A DNA stretch of 64,000 nt from an uncultured Flavobacteriales bacterium (GTDB lineage Bacteria; Bacteroidota; Bacteroidia; Flavobacteriales_D; Crocinitomicaceae), in assembly GCA_964447015.1 (NCBI GenBank), contig CAYUQU010000006.1, positions 1,841 through 65,840 on the forward strand. Direction: 5' to 3'. A model generated the notes under the pieces. It did not search any database, had not been told where the DNA came from, and worked only from the letters and a program-made list of their open reading frames with translations. Positions 1 through 8,980 of this stretch are shown here, piece by piece. Position 1 is the first letter of the stretch; the number at the start of each line of letters is the position of its first letter. A program made the translations under genes and the position numbers.

Positions 1-1643
1 TACTGTCCCGCTGCATTAAAATTAAATTGTGGCTCCCAACTGTTTGCATCAGTGCCATTTGTAAAATTCCATGTTCCTGCAGACGGCAAGCAAGTCGAAC
101 CATTAAATATCACAGTCCATTGGTAATTTACTGCGCAACTATTAGAAGTGTCTGAATCGTTGTCTATCTGCACATTGAATGGAATACAACTTGTTGAAGG
201 GTCAGGGGTAAATGAGGGGATAGGAGGAAGTTCGATACAAATTTCTTGCTGATGTGTTGTAGTTCCACAACTGTTAGATGCATCCAACGTGACGGTGTAG
301 TTACCAGGAGCTGCATAAGCGTGAGTCGGGTTGGAAAGCGCAAATTGAGTAAGCGTAGTTCCATCGCCAAAATCCCAATTGAATATTGTAGTGGACTGAC
401 AAGTGGAATTGAACCCAAGTGTTGATGTATTTACAAACGTTATCGGAGTGTTCACACATCCGGGGTCTGGACTTGCTGTAAACTCAGCTTCGGGACCTGT
501 GTAGATTCGTATTGGAGAGATAGTGGCAAGTGAATTGTCACATAGATTTTCCGCTTGAATGCTAAAAGTAAAAGCATTACCAGCCTGTCCACACGAAGTT
601 TCTGAATATGCATGACAAAGTGAAGCAGGTGGTGGGTGTGGTAATGTGTCTACAGGAGAATTATCTCCAAAATCAATGATGTAAATGGTTGAAGGGTGAT
701 TTGTTATATAATTTGATAAAGGAAAGCATAAGTCCAAAGGCCCACAACCCGTTGTCGCTCCAGGGTTTGCAGCTCCGATAGCTGGGTTAGTAATGTTTGA
801 AACGATTTGCGTAATTGTTTCCACACAACCGTTACTTCCAGTGACGATAAAAGTGAGGTCAAAAATATCAGCAGTTGTATACGTGTGAGTTAAACCACCG
901 CCAGGAAAAGTAGCACTGTTGTAATCAGGCGTTCCATCACCCCAAATAATCTGATAGTTTGTGTTGTCGGTAGCTGTAGTATTGTTGTAAACAGTAATGT
1001 TGAAATTTGTTCCGTCGCAGTTTCGGAAATTTGTTAGGGGATCCAAAATTTCTGCCCCAGGTAATTGGCTCACTGATAAATCTAAAGTACTTGAAGTCTG
1101 ACAGCCATTTTCGTTTGTGACAACTAAAGTAACAGTGAAATTTTGATTCCCATTTCCAACTGAAACAAACTGATGAGTTGGACTTGTTTCTGTGGATGTA
1201 TTGTTGCTCCCTGATGGAGGATTACCAAAGTTCCATGAATAAGTATGATTTGGATTAATCTCATCAGGATTAAATTGAACAGGAATGTTTGCACAAACAC
1301 CGGAAGGGTCAGCTGTAAATCCTGAATTGGGCAAATCTGAAACAGTTACAGTGACATTATCTGTTGTGCTACAGTCATCTTCGTCCGTAATTGTGACTGT
1401 ATACGTTGTAGTTGTTGCTGGTGTAGCTATAGGCTGCGCACAATCTGTACAAGAAAGTCCTGTAGCTGGTGACCAACTGTATGTGATAACTCCGTCGCCA
1501 TTTGCTGTAGGTGTTAGTTGTGTGTTGCCGCCTGGACATATTGTAACATCATTCCCTGCGTCAACAGTACATTGCGCGTAAATAGTGTTGACAGAAAGAA
1601 ATGATAAAAGGAGCAAAAGTGTGAATTTAGCTACTGTATTCAT
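1..1643 (-). CDS. Secreted PKD-domain repeat protein (surface/T9SS-type), partial, runs off the left edge
   Basis: Manually translated from ATG at 1643: MNTVAKFTLLLLLSFLSVNTIYAQCTVDAGNDVTIC... It has a signal peptide, a YSWSPATGLSC motif and a PKD motif YSWNFG. Absent from the ORF track, probably because it has no stop in the window. Confidence 0.85.
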   Translation of the reverse strand, partial: MNTVAKFTLLLLLSFLSVNTIYAQCTVDAGNDVTICPGGNTQLTPTANGDGVITYSWSPATGLSCTDCAQPIATPATTTTYTVTITDEDDCSTTDNVTVTVSDLPNSGFTADPSGVCANIPVQFNPDEINPNHTYSWNFGNPPSGSNNTSTETSPTHQFVSVGNGNQNFTVTLVVTNENGCQTSSTLDLSVSQLPGAEILDPLTNFRNCDGTNFNITVYNNTTATDNTNYQIIWGDGTPDYNSATFPGGGLTHTYTTADIFDLTFIVTGSNGCVETITQIVSNITNPAIGAANPGATTGCGPLDLCFPLSNYITNHPSTIYIIDFGDNSPVDTLPHPPPASLCHAYSETSCGQAGNAFTFSIQAENLCDNSLATISPIRIYTGPEAEFTASPDPGCVNTPITFVNTSTLGFNSTCQSTTIFNWDFGDGTTLTQFALSNPTHAYAAPGNYTVTLDASNSCGTTTHQQEICIELPPIPSFTPDPSTSCIPFNVQIDNDSDTSNSCAVNYQWTVIFNGSTCLPSAGTWNFTNGTDANSWEPQFNFNAAGQ

Positions 1644-2007
1644 GTTATTTTGAAGTAAAATCAGATTCATATTCTTTGTAAAATAAGGCAGAATTATTCA
1701 TTTTGGCGGGCGAAAATACTCATTTTCAATACAAAATACGTCATTTGACGTATGATTTTCTGTTGGTGCCAAAACATAGGTTCTTTGGTATGTTTTCAAT
1801 AATGCAGAATTGTGAAAAAAATTAATTGTGAAAAAAAATGTAGATAAAAATAAAATACCCCTCCCAAAATAAGGGTGTTTTCAAGTTAAAATGAATTTTA
1901 TTTAAGTAAAGTGTAATTTTTTAGGGGGTATGTTGAAAAAAAGTGATAAAATATTAAATCAACTTCGAAAATCAGTTGTATTTTTGCGCCATAATAATTT
2001 TGAAAAT

Positions 2008-4194
2008 ATGTCATCATTTAGAAAAGCAGCAATTAACGATGTCTTACATCGTACACCAAAGCATGTAGAATCTGAAGGAAAGATTTCTGAGCTTTATGGT
2101 AAAAACGTATTTCATGCAGATGTAATGCGTGAATTCTTAACAGAAGAAGCGTATGATTCTGTGATGGGAGCAATTAATAACGGGTCGCGAATTGACCGTA
2201 AAATTGCTGACCAAGTTGCTTCAGCTATGAAAGACTGGGCGTTATCAAAAGGTGCTACGCACTATACGCACTGGTTTCAACCTTTAACTGGAGCGACAGC
2301 TGAGAAACATGATGCATTTTTTCACCCACTCGCAGCAGGACGTGCCATCGAGCGTTTTTCAGGTGATTTGTTGATTCAGCAAGAACCGGATGCGTCTTCT
2401 TTTCCGAATGGTGGAATTCGAAATACGTTTGAAGCACGTGGATATACCGCTTGGGATCCTTCATCTCCAGCATTTATAATTGGTAGAACGCTTTGTATTC
2501 CTACAATTTTCATCTCGTACACAGGTGAAGCTTTGGATTACAAAATGCCGATGATTAAAGCTTTGTCTGCTATTGAAGATGCGGCACTTCAAGTGTGTCA
2601 GTATTTTGATAAAAATGTAACGAAAGTAAATACAACGTTGGGTTGGGAGCAAGAGTACTTCTTAATTGATAAAGCTTTGTTCAATGCTCGCCCAGATATT
2701 ATGATGACAGGACGTGCGTTGTTTGGACACGCTCCCGCAAAAGGACAACAATTGGATGACCATTATTTTGGTTCTATTCCTGATCGTGTAACGGCTTTTA
2801 TGCGTGATTTTGAAACGGAAGCGATTAAATTGGGAATACCGGTAACTACACGTCACAACGAGGTAGCGCCAAACCAATTCGAATGTGCTCCGATGTTTGA
2901 AGAAGCGAATCTTGCAAACGACCACAACCTGTTGTTGATGGATTTGCTAGAGAAAATTGCACGTCGCCACGATTTCCGCGTATTGTTACACGAAAAGCCT
3001 TTTAAAGGATTGAACGGTTCTGGAAAACACAATAACTGGTCACTTTCAACAAACACAGGAGTAAATTTATTGCGCCCAGGGAAAAACCCGAAAAGCAACT
3101 TGCAGTTCTTGACGTTCTTAGTGAATACTGTGGCCGCAATTAATGAAAATGCAGATTTACTTCGCGCAGCCATTGCTTCAGCGTCGAACGATTATCGTTT
3201 GGGTGCAAATGAAGCTCCACCAGCAATTATTTCTGTTTTCTTAGGTTCACATTTATCTAAAGCATTGGATGATTTAGAAAAGAGTGTGAAAGCTGGAAAA
3301 ATGACTCCTGAAGATAAAACGGAATTGAAATTGAATATCGGTAAAATTCCACAAATTTTATTGGATAATACAGATCGAAACAGAACGTCACCGTTCGCAT
3401 TTACAGGAAATAAATTTGAATTCCGCGCGGTAGGTTCTTCTGCAAACTGTGCATCTGCAATGATTGCGTTAAATGCGATTATGGCTAAGCAATTGCGTGA
3501 GTTTAAGAAAAATATCGATGCTCGAATTGACAAAGGTGAATCGAAAGATGAAGCAATCTTGAAAGAACTTCAAAAATTGATTAAAGGCTCTAAAAAAATC
3601 CGTTTTGAAGGAAATGGTTATGGCGATGAGTGGGTGAAAGAAGCGGAAAAACGTGGACTTTCGAACTTGAAAGACACGCCACGTGCAATCAAAGTGTTGA
3701 CGTCGAAGAAGACATTGGATCTTTTTGAAGAATTAGAGATTTTGTCAAACGTGGAGTTACATGCTCGTCAAGAGATTGAGTACGAAGCGTATGTAATGAA
3801 AGTGCAAATTGAAGGTCGTGTGATGGGTGACTTAGCTCAAAATCACTTGATTCCTGCCGTTATTGAATACCAAAATCGTTTAATCAACAATGTGAAGGGT
3901 ATGATTGACGTGATGGGAGATAAAGAAGCCAAAGAATTGTGCAAAACTCAAATCACGCTTATCAAAGAAATTTCACGTCACTTAAACAAGCTGAAAGAGT
4001 TGGTAGATGCCATGCTTCAAGAGCGCAAAAATGCAAATAAGATAGAGGACATGGAAAAACGTGCCGAAGCTTATTGCGATAAAGTAAAAGCGTATTTTGA
4101 TGACATTCGCTACCACGCTGATAAATTAGAATTATTAGTGGATGATGAAATCTGGCCATTGCCTAAAATGCGCGAGATTTTATTTACGAGATAG
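2008..4194 (+). CDS. glnA: Glutamine synthetase type III
   Basis: GSIII motifs HWFQPLTG, EPDASSFPNGG, HNEVAPNQFE, HEKPF.G.NGSGKH and DRNRTSPFAFTGNKFEFRA. Start moved to ATG 2008 (MSSFRK), which has a TATTTTTG box just upstream. Confidence 0.96.
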   Translation: MSSFRKAAINDVLHRTPKHVESEGKISELYGKNVFHADVMREFLTEEAYDSVMGAINNGSRIDRKIADQVASAMKDWALSKGATHYTHWFQPLTGATAEKHDAFFHPLAAGRAIERFSGDLLIQQEPDASSFPNGGIRNTFEARGYTAWDPSSPAFIIGRTLCIPTIFISYTGEALDYKMPMIKALSAIEDAALQVCQYFDKNVTKVNTTLGWEQEYFLIDKALFNARPDIMMTGRALFGHAPAKGQQLDDHYFGSIPDRVTAFMRDFETEAIKLGIPVTTRHNEVAPNQFECAPMFEEANLANDHNLLLMDLLEKIARRHDFRVLLHEKPFKGLNGSGKHNNWSLSTNTGVNLLRPGKNPKSNLQFLTFLVNTVAAINENADLLRAAIASASNDYRLGANEAPPAIISVFLGSHLSKALDDLEKSVKAGKMTPEDKTELKLNIGKIPQILLDNTDRNRTSPFAFTGNKFEFRAVGSSANCASAMIALNAIMAKQLREFKKNIDARIDKGESKDEAILKELQKLIKGSKKIRFEGNGYGDEWVKEAEKRGLSNLKDTPRAIKVLTSKKTLDLFEELEILSNVELHARQEIEYEAYVMKVQIEGRVMGDLAQNHLIPAVIEYQNRLINNVKGMIDVMGDKEAKELCKTQITLIKEISRHLNKLKELVDAMLQERKNANKIEDMEKRAEAYCDKVKAYFDDIRYHADKLELLVDDEIWPLPKMREILFTR

Positions 4195-4206
4195 AATATT
4201 TTTTCG

Positions 4207-4333
4207 TTGGGGCGAATGCAATTCGCCCCAATAGAAAAATTGAATTTCGCTCCAACAATTTACCCTAAAAACGGTATTGACATCCCCCTCAAATTTTCGC
4301 TCCTTTGTTGAGGCGAATAATTATTTGCCCCAA
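4207..4333. repeat. Pair of REP-like palindromes (4207-4231 and 4308-4333)
   Basis: ttggggcgaat-gca-attcgccccaa and the degenerate copy ttgaggcgaataattatttgccccaa. Confidence 0.7.
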
Positions 4334-4346
4334 TAAAATTTGAGCC

Positions 4347-5039
4347 ATGAGAAAATTTGAATTATTAAACGAAGTCGAGTCACACCGAATCACTGAATTG
4401 GTGAACTTGCGTTACTTTGATGGAAAAACTTCTACTAAAAAGAAACAAGGCGAGTCTGAAAAGCTGATTTCAGCTGTAGAAGAACTTTACCTTGATCCCA
4501 ATCAATTTGACGAGACAAGTTTTAAGGAATTTTCATTTTCGGCTTTATTGGAGTATTTGCGCAACGGGCATAAATTGTATCGCAACAAAATGCTTCCTGA
4601 AATTCAATTGAGCATAGTGCAATTGGCAAAGTCAATCGGGGAGGAGCATCCTCTGACGATGGTTTTGGCTCATTTTATTGAAGATTATCGAAAAGAATTG
4701 GATGCGCACATGTCAAAGGAGGATGATTATGTCTTTCCATACATCGAGCAACTTTATAAAAGCAGTGAAAAGAACAGTGTCTTTAGACCAGCGACTTTCT
4801 TAAATGGTTGGTCAACGCTAGCAGCATTCTTAGAATCACATACAGATACTGAAAAGGATTTGCAAGTTTTAAGTTCGATGTTGAAAAACTTCGCGAAAAA
4901 CAGCGACTATAAAAATCAAATCAACAGACTGCTCACGCAACTAAATTTCCTCGAATTGGATCTTCATATTCACGCGAGAATTGAAGATGATGTATTGATT
5001 CCAAAAGCGTTGTTGCTGGAGAAGAAGGTGCATTCGTAG
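4347..5039 (+). CDS. Hemerythrin-like (HHE cation-binding) domain protein
   Basis: Motifs HM.KED..VFPYI and LHIHARIEDDVLIPK.L.LE, typical of the hemerythrin/RIC-like family. Confidence 0.75.
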   Translation: MRKFELLNEVESHRITELVNLRYFDGKTSTKKKQGESEKLISAVEELYLDPNQFDETSFKEFSFSALLEYLRNGHKLYRNKMLPEIQLSIVQLAKSIGEEHPLTMVLAHFIEDYRKELDAHMSKEDDYVFPYIEQLYKSSEKNSVFRPATFLNGWSTLAAFLESHTDTEKDLQVLSSMLKNFAKNSDYKNQINRLLTQLNFLELDLHIHARIEDDVLIPKALLLEKKVHS

Positions 5040-5042
5040 GGT

Positions 5043-5131
5043 TTTTAACCGCAAAGCAACGCAAAGAAGGCGCAAAGGACGCAATTCTTAGCACTCCTTT
5101 GCGTAAATCTTGGCGCACTTTGCGGTTAAAA
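5043..5131. repeat. Imperfect palindromic element built of CGCAAAG units
   Basis: Terminal inverted repeat ttttaaccgcaaag ... ctttgcggttaaaa with internal tandem cgcaaag/ctttgcg units. Lies between convergent genes. Confidence 0.8.
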
Positions 5132-5160
5132 CAAACCACAAATTGCATCAATTCTAACCC

Positions 5161-7371
5161 CTAAAACTTAATACTCTCAAGCAACACAGAGTTGGGCCCG
5201 ACAGAAATCTTTGCTTTGGCTAAATTTTTATTGAGATGATCGATAACGATTTTCGCTTTTTCTCTTGGTAGATAGCTCCCTGCCAATACGTTGAGTTCAT
5301 CTTGTAGTTTTTTCAGAATGACTGCTGCACGATAGACACTCAACGCTTCATTCCCTGTAATTTTCTTTTGATCACGAAGGGCTTTTAGTGTGGCTTCTTG
5401 TGGAATGAAATCTGTTCTCACAGGGTCTGTGTACGCGTTAACCTCAATCGTTAAATTCGATTTGGTGTCGATAAAAACTTCTGTTCTGCGGCGACTTTTG
5501 TAGACAGAATCTTCTTTGATGCGCAATTTATCTTCTTCCGTTTCGCCAGGATAAAATGCTTCTTCAAATACGGGGTGTTGCTTTACCATTTTTCCTTCTT
5601 TCCATTCTCCCACACCTTGTCCACGAGCTATAATCTCAATAGTTGGTTTCTTTAAAAGAGCCTCAAACAAGTCCATTACTGCTACACTGTCTGTTGGTTG
5701 AATGAGGTTTTCTGAAAGCAAATAGGAATTGGAGTGAAACAAATCCTCAGCTGCCAATTGGAAAGTGCGGTCAAATCCAGGTTCCATGTCAGAAAGACTG
5801 ATGTGAAGCATTACTTCATCAGCTTGAGTACTCAACGCAGAAAAGGGAATAGCGATTAAGCGGACTTCAAACTGTTCACTTAACTTGTGTGCGGGGAAGC
5901 GAAAGTCTTGTGTGTAAAGATCGAAGGTACTACCATCTTCAAAAGTATATAATCCATCTTTCTCCGTCCATTTCACCCAATTATAGCCAATCAACTGTTT
6001 GTATTTATCCAATCGTCTTTCATAATCGGCAAGTAGGATCATCGCCTCTTCCTTTTCTTTTTTCAATCGTTTTACATTTGCTTCACAATCACTTAGGTAA
6101 TTATATTTTGCTAGAAGCGTTTCCTGGTCTTTTTCGCGTTCCTTTTTACCTGATTTTGTATTGCTGACAGTTGACATTCTCAAATCACTCAATTCGATTT
6201 CAAGATTCTTGATTTCTTTAAGTGTTTTGATTCGTTCATTCTCCCAAAAGTCTATCCAATAATCAAACCCCTTTTTGCCGTAAATCATTTCTTTAATTTC
6301 TTTGATCCACTTGTTTTCGAGTTCGGCGATGATGCTATAGAATGTTTTTCCTTCTGAGAATGTAGAGTCAGGCGACAAGAAGCGCGTTTCACCTGAGCCG
6401 AACAGAACATACGCTTTGTTGGTCTTTTCGATAACTACGGTCGTTTGTTTGGTGTCATTATAGCCCCACACATCTGGGTGAATATTGGTAATTCTACCGT
6501 TACCTGTCGTCTGCAAATTCATAGAAGCAAAACGCTCGGGAATTACTGCGCGCTGTTTCTTTTCTCCCTGTTCACCGATGTAAGTTTGATAAGGGAATAA
6601 ACCAACTGCTCTGGGTAGACCTTTGTTCCATCTTCCCTGTTCGTCTTTTTCACGTTCGTTTAACAGACCTGAAGTCATGGAGCCATCACCTGCGGCAATG
6701 AGAATATTGTCAAAATTCACCGTTTTCGCACCAAGTTGCACAAACAAATCTTCGCAGCGTTGTTTTATCCATTCATTAATGGCGCGGTTGATTGCAATTA
6801 TCGTGCGCTCTTGGTCTTCAAGTGAAACACCTTGAAAAGTATTGAGCATAGTAGCACGTTCACTAAACGAAAGACTTGGGTTGATTACCCGATGAAGTTT
6901 GGTGTTAAAAGTTGTTTCTCCCGATGAATTCTTCTGCAACATCGATCCAGGTAGATGGGTGATTAAAAGCTTTTCAAACTGTTCAAATTTCGACTTGTAT
7001 TGAAGCATTTCGCTTTCATCTTGCTGTTTGTATGCCAACAAGGTCTTATTCAACTCCCACACAGCCATTTTATTCGCCAATTCAGCCACTATTCCAGGTG
7101 ATTTCTTCGCAATTTCTGACGTGCGGATCTTGAGTAACTCAGGTTCATTAATGATAAGCACATCAATAGAATCGTAGTTGAGAATGGTATCGCGGAAAAA
7201 TATTTTAGGTCCCGAATATTCAAAATAGCGACCGATATTCTCGCGCAAAATCGGACTTTTCATCACGACGTGATACATATACGCTTTCTCTTCACCGGAA
7301 AATGTAGACGTGTTTTGCGATTGACCAAAAAATGTGAGACCAAGAATAACAACAAGTAAAAATTGTTTCAT
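5161..7371 (-). CDS. Large secreted hypothetical protein with a central coiled coil
   Basis: 736-aa ORF with an N-terminal signal peptide and a charged heptad region (about aa 350-450). No family recognised. Confidence 0.85.
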   Translation of the reverse strand: MKQFLLVVILGLTFFGQSQNTSTFSGEEKAYMYHVVMKSPILRENIGRYFEYSGPKIFFRDTILNYDSIDVLIINEPELLKIRTSEIAKKSPGIVAELANKMAVWELNKTLLAYKQQDESEMLQYKSKFEQFEKLLITHLPGSMLQKNSSGETTFNTKLHRVINPSLSFSERATMLNTFQGVSLEDQERTIIAINRAINEWIKQRCEDLFVQLGAKTVNFDNILIAAGDGSMTSGLLNEREKDEQGRWNKGLPRAVGLFPYQTYIGEQGEKKQRAVIPERFASMNLQTTGNGRITNIHPDVWGYNDTKQTTVVIEKTNKAYVLFGSGETRFLSPDSTFSEGKTFYSIIAELENKWIKEIKEMIYGKKGFDYWIDFWENERIKTLKEIKNLEIELSDLRMSTVSNTKSGKKEREKDQETLLAKYNYLSDCEANVKRLKKEKEEAMILLADYERRLDKYKQLIGYNWVKWTEKDGLYTFEDGSTFDLYTQDFRFPAHKLSEQFEVRLIAIPFSALSTQADEVMLHISLSDMEPGFDRTFQLAAEDLFHSNSYLLSENLIQPTDSVAVMDLFEALLKKPTIEIIARGQGVGEWKEGKMVKQHPVFEEAFYPGETEEDKLRIKEDSVYKSRRRTEVFIDTKSNLTIEVNAYTDPVRTDFIPQEATLKALRDQKKITGNEALSVYRAAVILKKLQDELNVLAGSYLPREKAKIVIDHLNKNLAKAKISVGPNSVLLESIKF

Positions 7372-7585
7372 AGACCATGAGTTAATGTTTCAAAAATAAT
7401 CATACCACGACATAAACTACATGGAATAGCGTAAATGTTTTTAAAAAGTTACTGACGAATTTGATATTTTGTGATATTGGGAACTAAATGAGTTTTTAAT
7501 AGATTCGAAGTTCGGTATTTAGAGTATGGGAAAGATGCGTTGGGTTACGCTTTTTTATGGTGAGATTATAGGGAAGTCAAGACAA

Positions 7586-8452
7586 TTATTTAGTGTAATA
7601 AGATTTTAGAAAATTCAGAGGAGTAACTCCTATGTGCTTTTTGAAAAATCGGATAAAATAAGAAGGTTCGTTGAAACCCAATTCATCACTTATTTGGTTG
7701 ACATTATATTCTGAATGCATTAACATCCTTTGCGCTTCTAATAATACACGATTACTGATTAGTTGGGTACTTGTTTTATTAAAACATTCTTTTGTAATTC
7801 TATTTAAATGTTTTTCTGAGATATTCAACATGTTTGCATAATCCCTTGCAAATTTTGTCTTTTTAAAATTTAATTCAATGATCTCTTCGAACTTTCGAAC
7901 TGTTTGTAAATAAACAGCACTTTTAACTTTGTGGGTGGGTACATAGACTCGGGATATATTAATGTATATTAAAGTAACTAAAGAATGTATTTTCTCCCAC
8001 TTGAGTAGCTCATTTTTCCTGTTTTCCTGAACCAGTTCTTGCATTAATTTTGTTAAATCCCAAAACATTTCACCCTCAATTTTAATGTTTGGTGAGTTTT
8101 GGAAAGAGGAGTAAAACTCAAAATCATTTAAACTAGAAGTAATGTATCTTTTGTCATAAAAATCTCTTGAATGAAAAAAGACATATCCGTCAATGTCATT
8201 AGAAAGTTCCCAATAATGCATTTCACCAGGTTTTAAAATAAACAATGATCCAGGCTCTACTGGATATGTCTCAAAATCTACTTCGTGTTTTCCGCTTCCT
8301 TCAGTAAACAATATGATTAAGTAAAAATCATGTTTGTGAGGGAGTTTGGTAAAGTGATGTTCTTTTACGTGCAGATTCACATAATTTGCATAAAAATGCT
8401 TTTCATTACGCTCTGATTGAAATTCAGTGATACTGTAAATGGGCAACTTCAT
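7586..8452 (-). CDS. AraC family transcriptional regulator
   Basis: N-terminal cupin (PHKHDFY...G.G.HEVDF) and C-terminal HTH (LGFNEPSYFIRFFKKH.G.TP). Confidence 0.93.
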   Translation of the reverse strand: MKLPIYSITEFQSERNEKHFYANYVNLHVKEHHFTKLPHKHDFYLIILFTEGSGKHEVDFETYPVEPGSLFILKPGEMHYWELSNDIDGYVFFHSRDFYDKRYITSSLNDFEFYSSFQNSPNIKIEGEMFWDLTKLMQELVQENRKNELLKWEKIHSLVTLIYINISRVYVPTHKVKSAVYLQTVRKFEEIIELNFKKTKFARDYANMLNISEKHLNRITKECFNKTSTQLISNRVLLEAQRMLMHSEYNVNQISDELGFNEPSYFIRFFKKHIGVTPLNFLKSYYTK

Positions 8453-8546
8453 GCCCGAATATACAAAAATGTCTGAATTATTCTATTATGTGCGTAAATT
8501 GTAGTGACGAAAAAACTCTTTTTGTACGACCTTTGTATCATCAAAA

Positions 8547-8903
8547 ATGAAGAATATGTTCCGCTTTATCAGAAATGTTTATCAAGGAAAATGTCCGAAA
8601 TGTAAAGAAGGAAATACGTTCTCAAAAGAGGGTTCGTTCCTAGCTCTTCCAAAGATGCACGAATCTTGTTCACATTGTGGTTATAGATTTGATAGAGAAC
8701 CTGGCTATTTTATTGGAGCAATGTATCTCAGTTATGGTTTATCCGTCGCTCAGTGCGTCATTGTGTATGTCCTTTTACATCTCTTTTTACCTGATTTAGC
8801 TATAGGATGGATTCTTGGACTCCTCGTTCTTACATTATTGATACTAGCAAAAACAAATTATAAATGGTCACGTATATTGTATATATACATCTTTCCCTGG
8901 TAA
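8547..8903 (+). CDS. DUF983-like membrane protein
   Basis: CPKC...C..CG zinc ribbon, REPGYFIGAMY motif and two TM helices. Divergent from the AraC gene. Confidence 0.8.
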   Translation: MKNMFRFIRNVYQGKCPKCKEGNTFSKEGSFLALPKMHESCSHCGYRFDREPGYFIGAMYLSYGLSVAQCVIVYVLLHLFLPDLAIGWILGLLVLTLLILAKTNYKWSRILYIYIFPW

Positions 8904-8980
8904 TACATTTAGCTTTAGTGAACCACATTTTTAGAATTTTATCGTAAATCTTACAGTTTAAAAATCAGCACGCTATTCAA

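Noticed and set aside
164-1581. Track ORFs 164..418 (-) and 1285..1581 (+)
   Set aside because: Off-frame and antisense shadows of the long PKD-protein frame that runs off the left edge.
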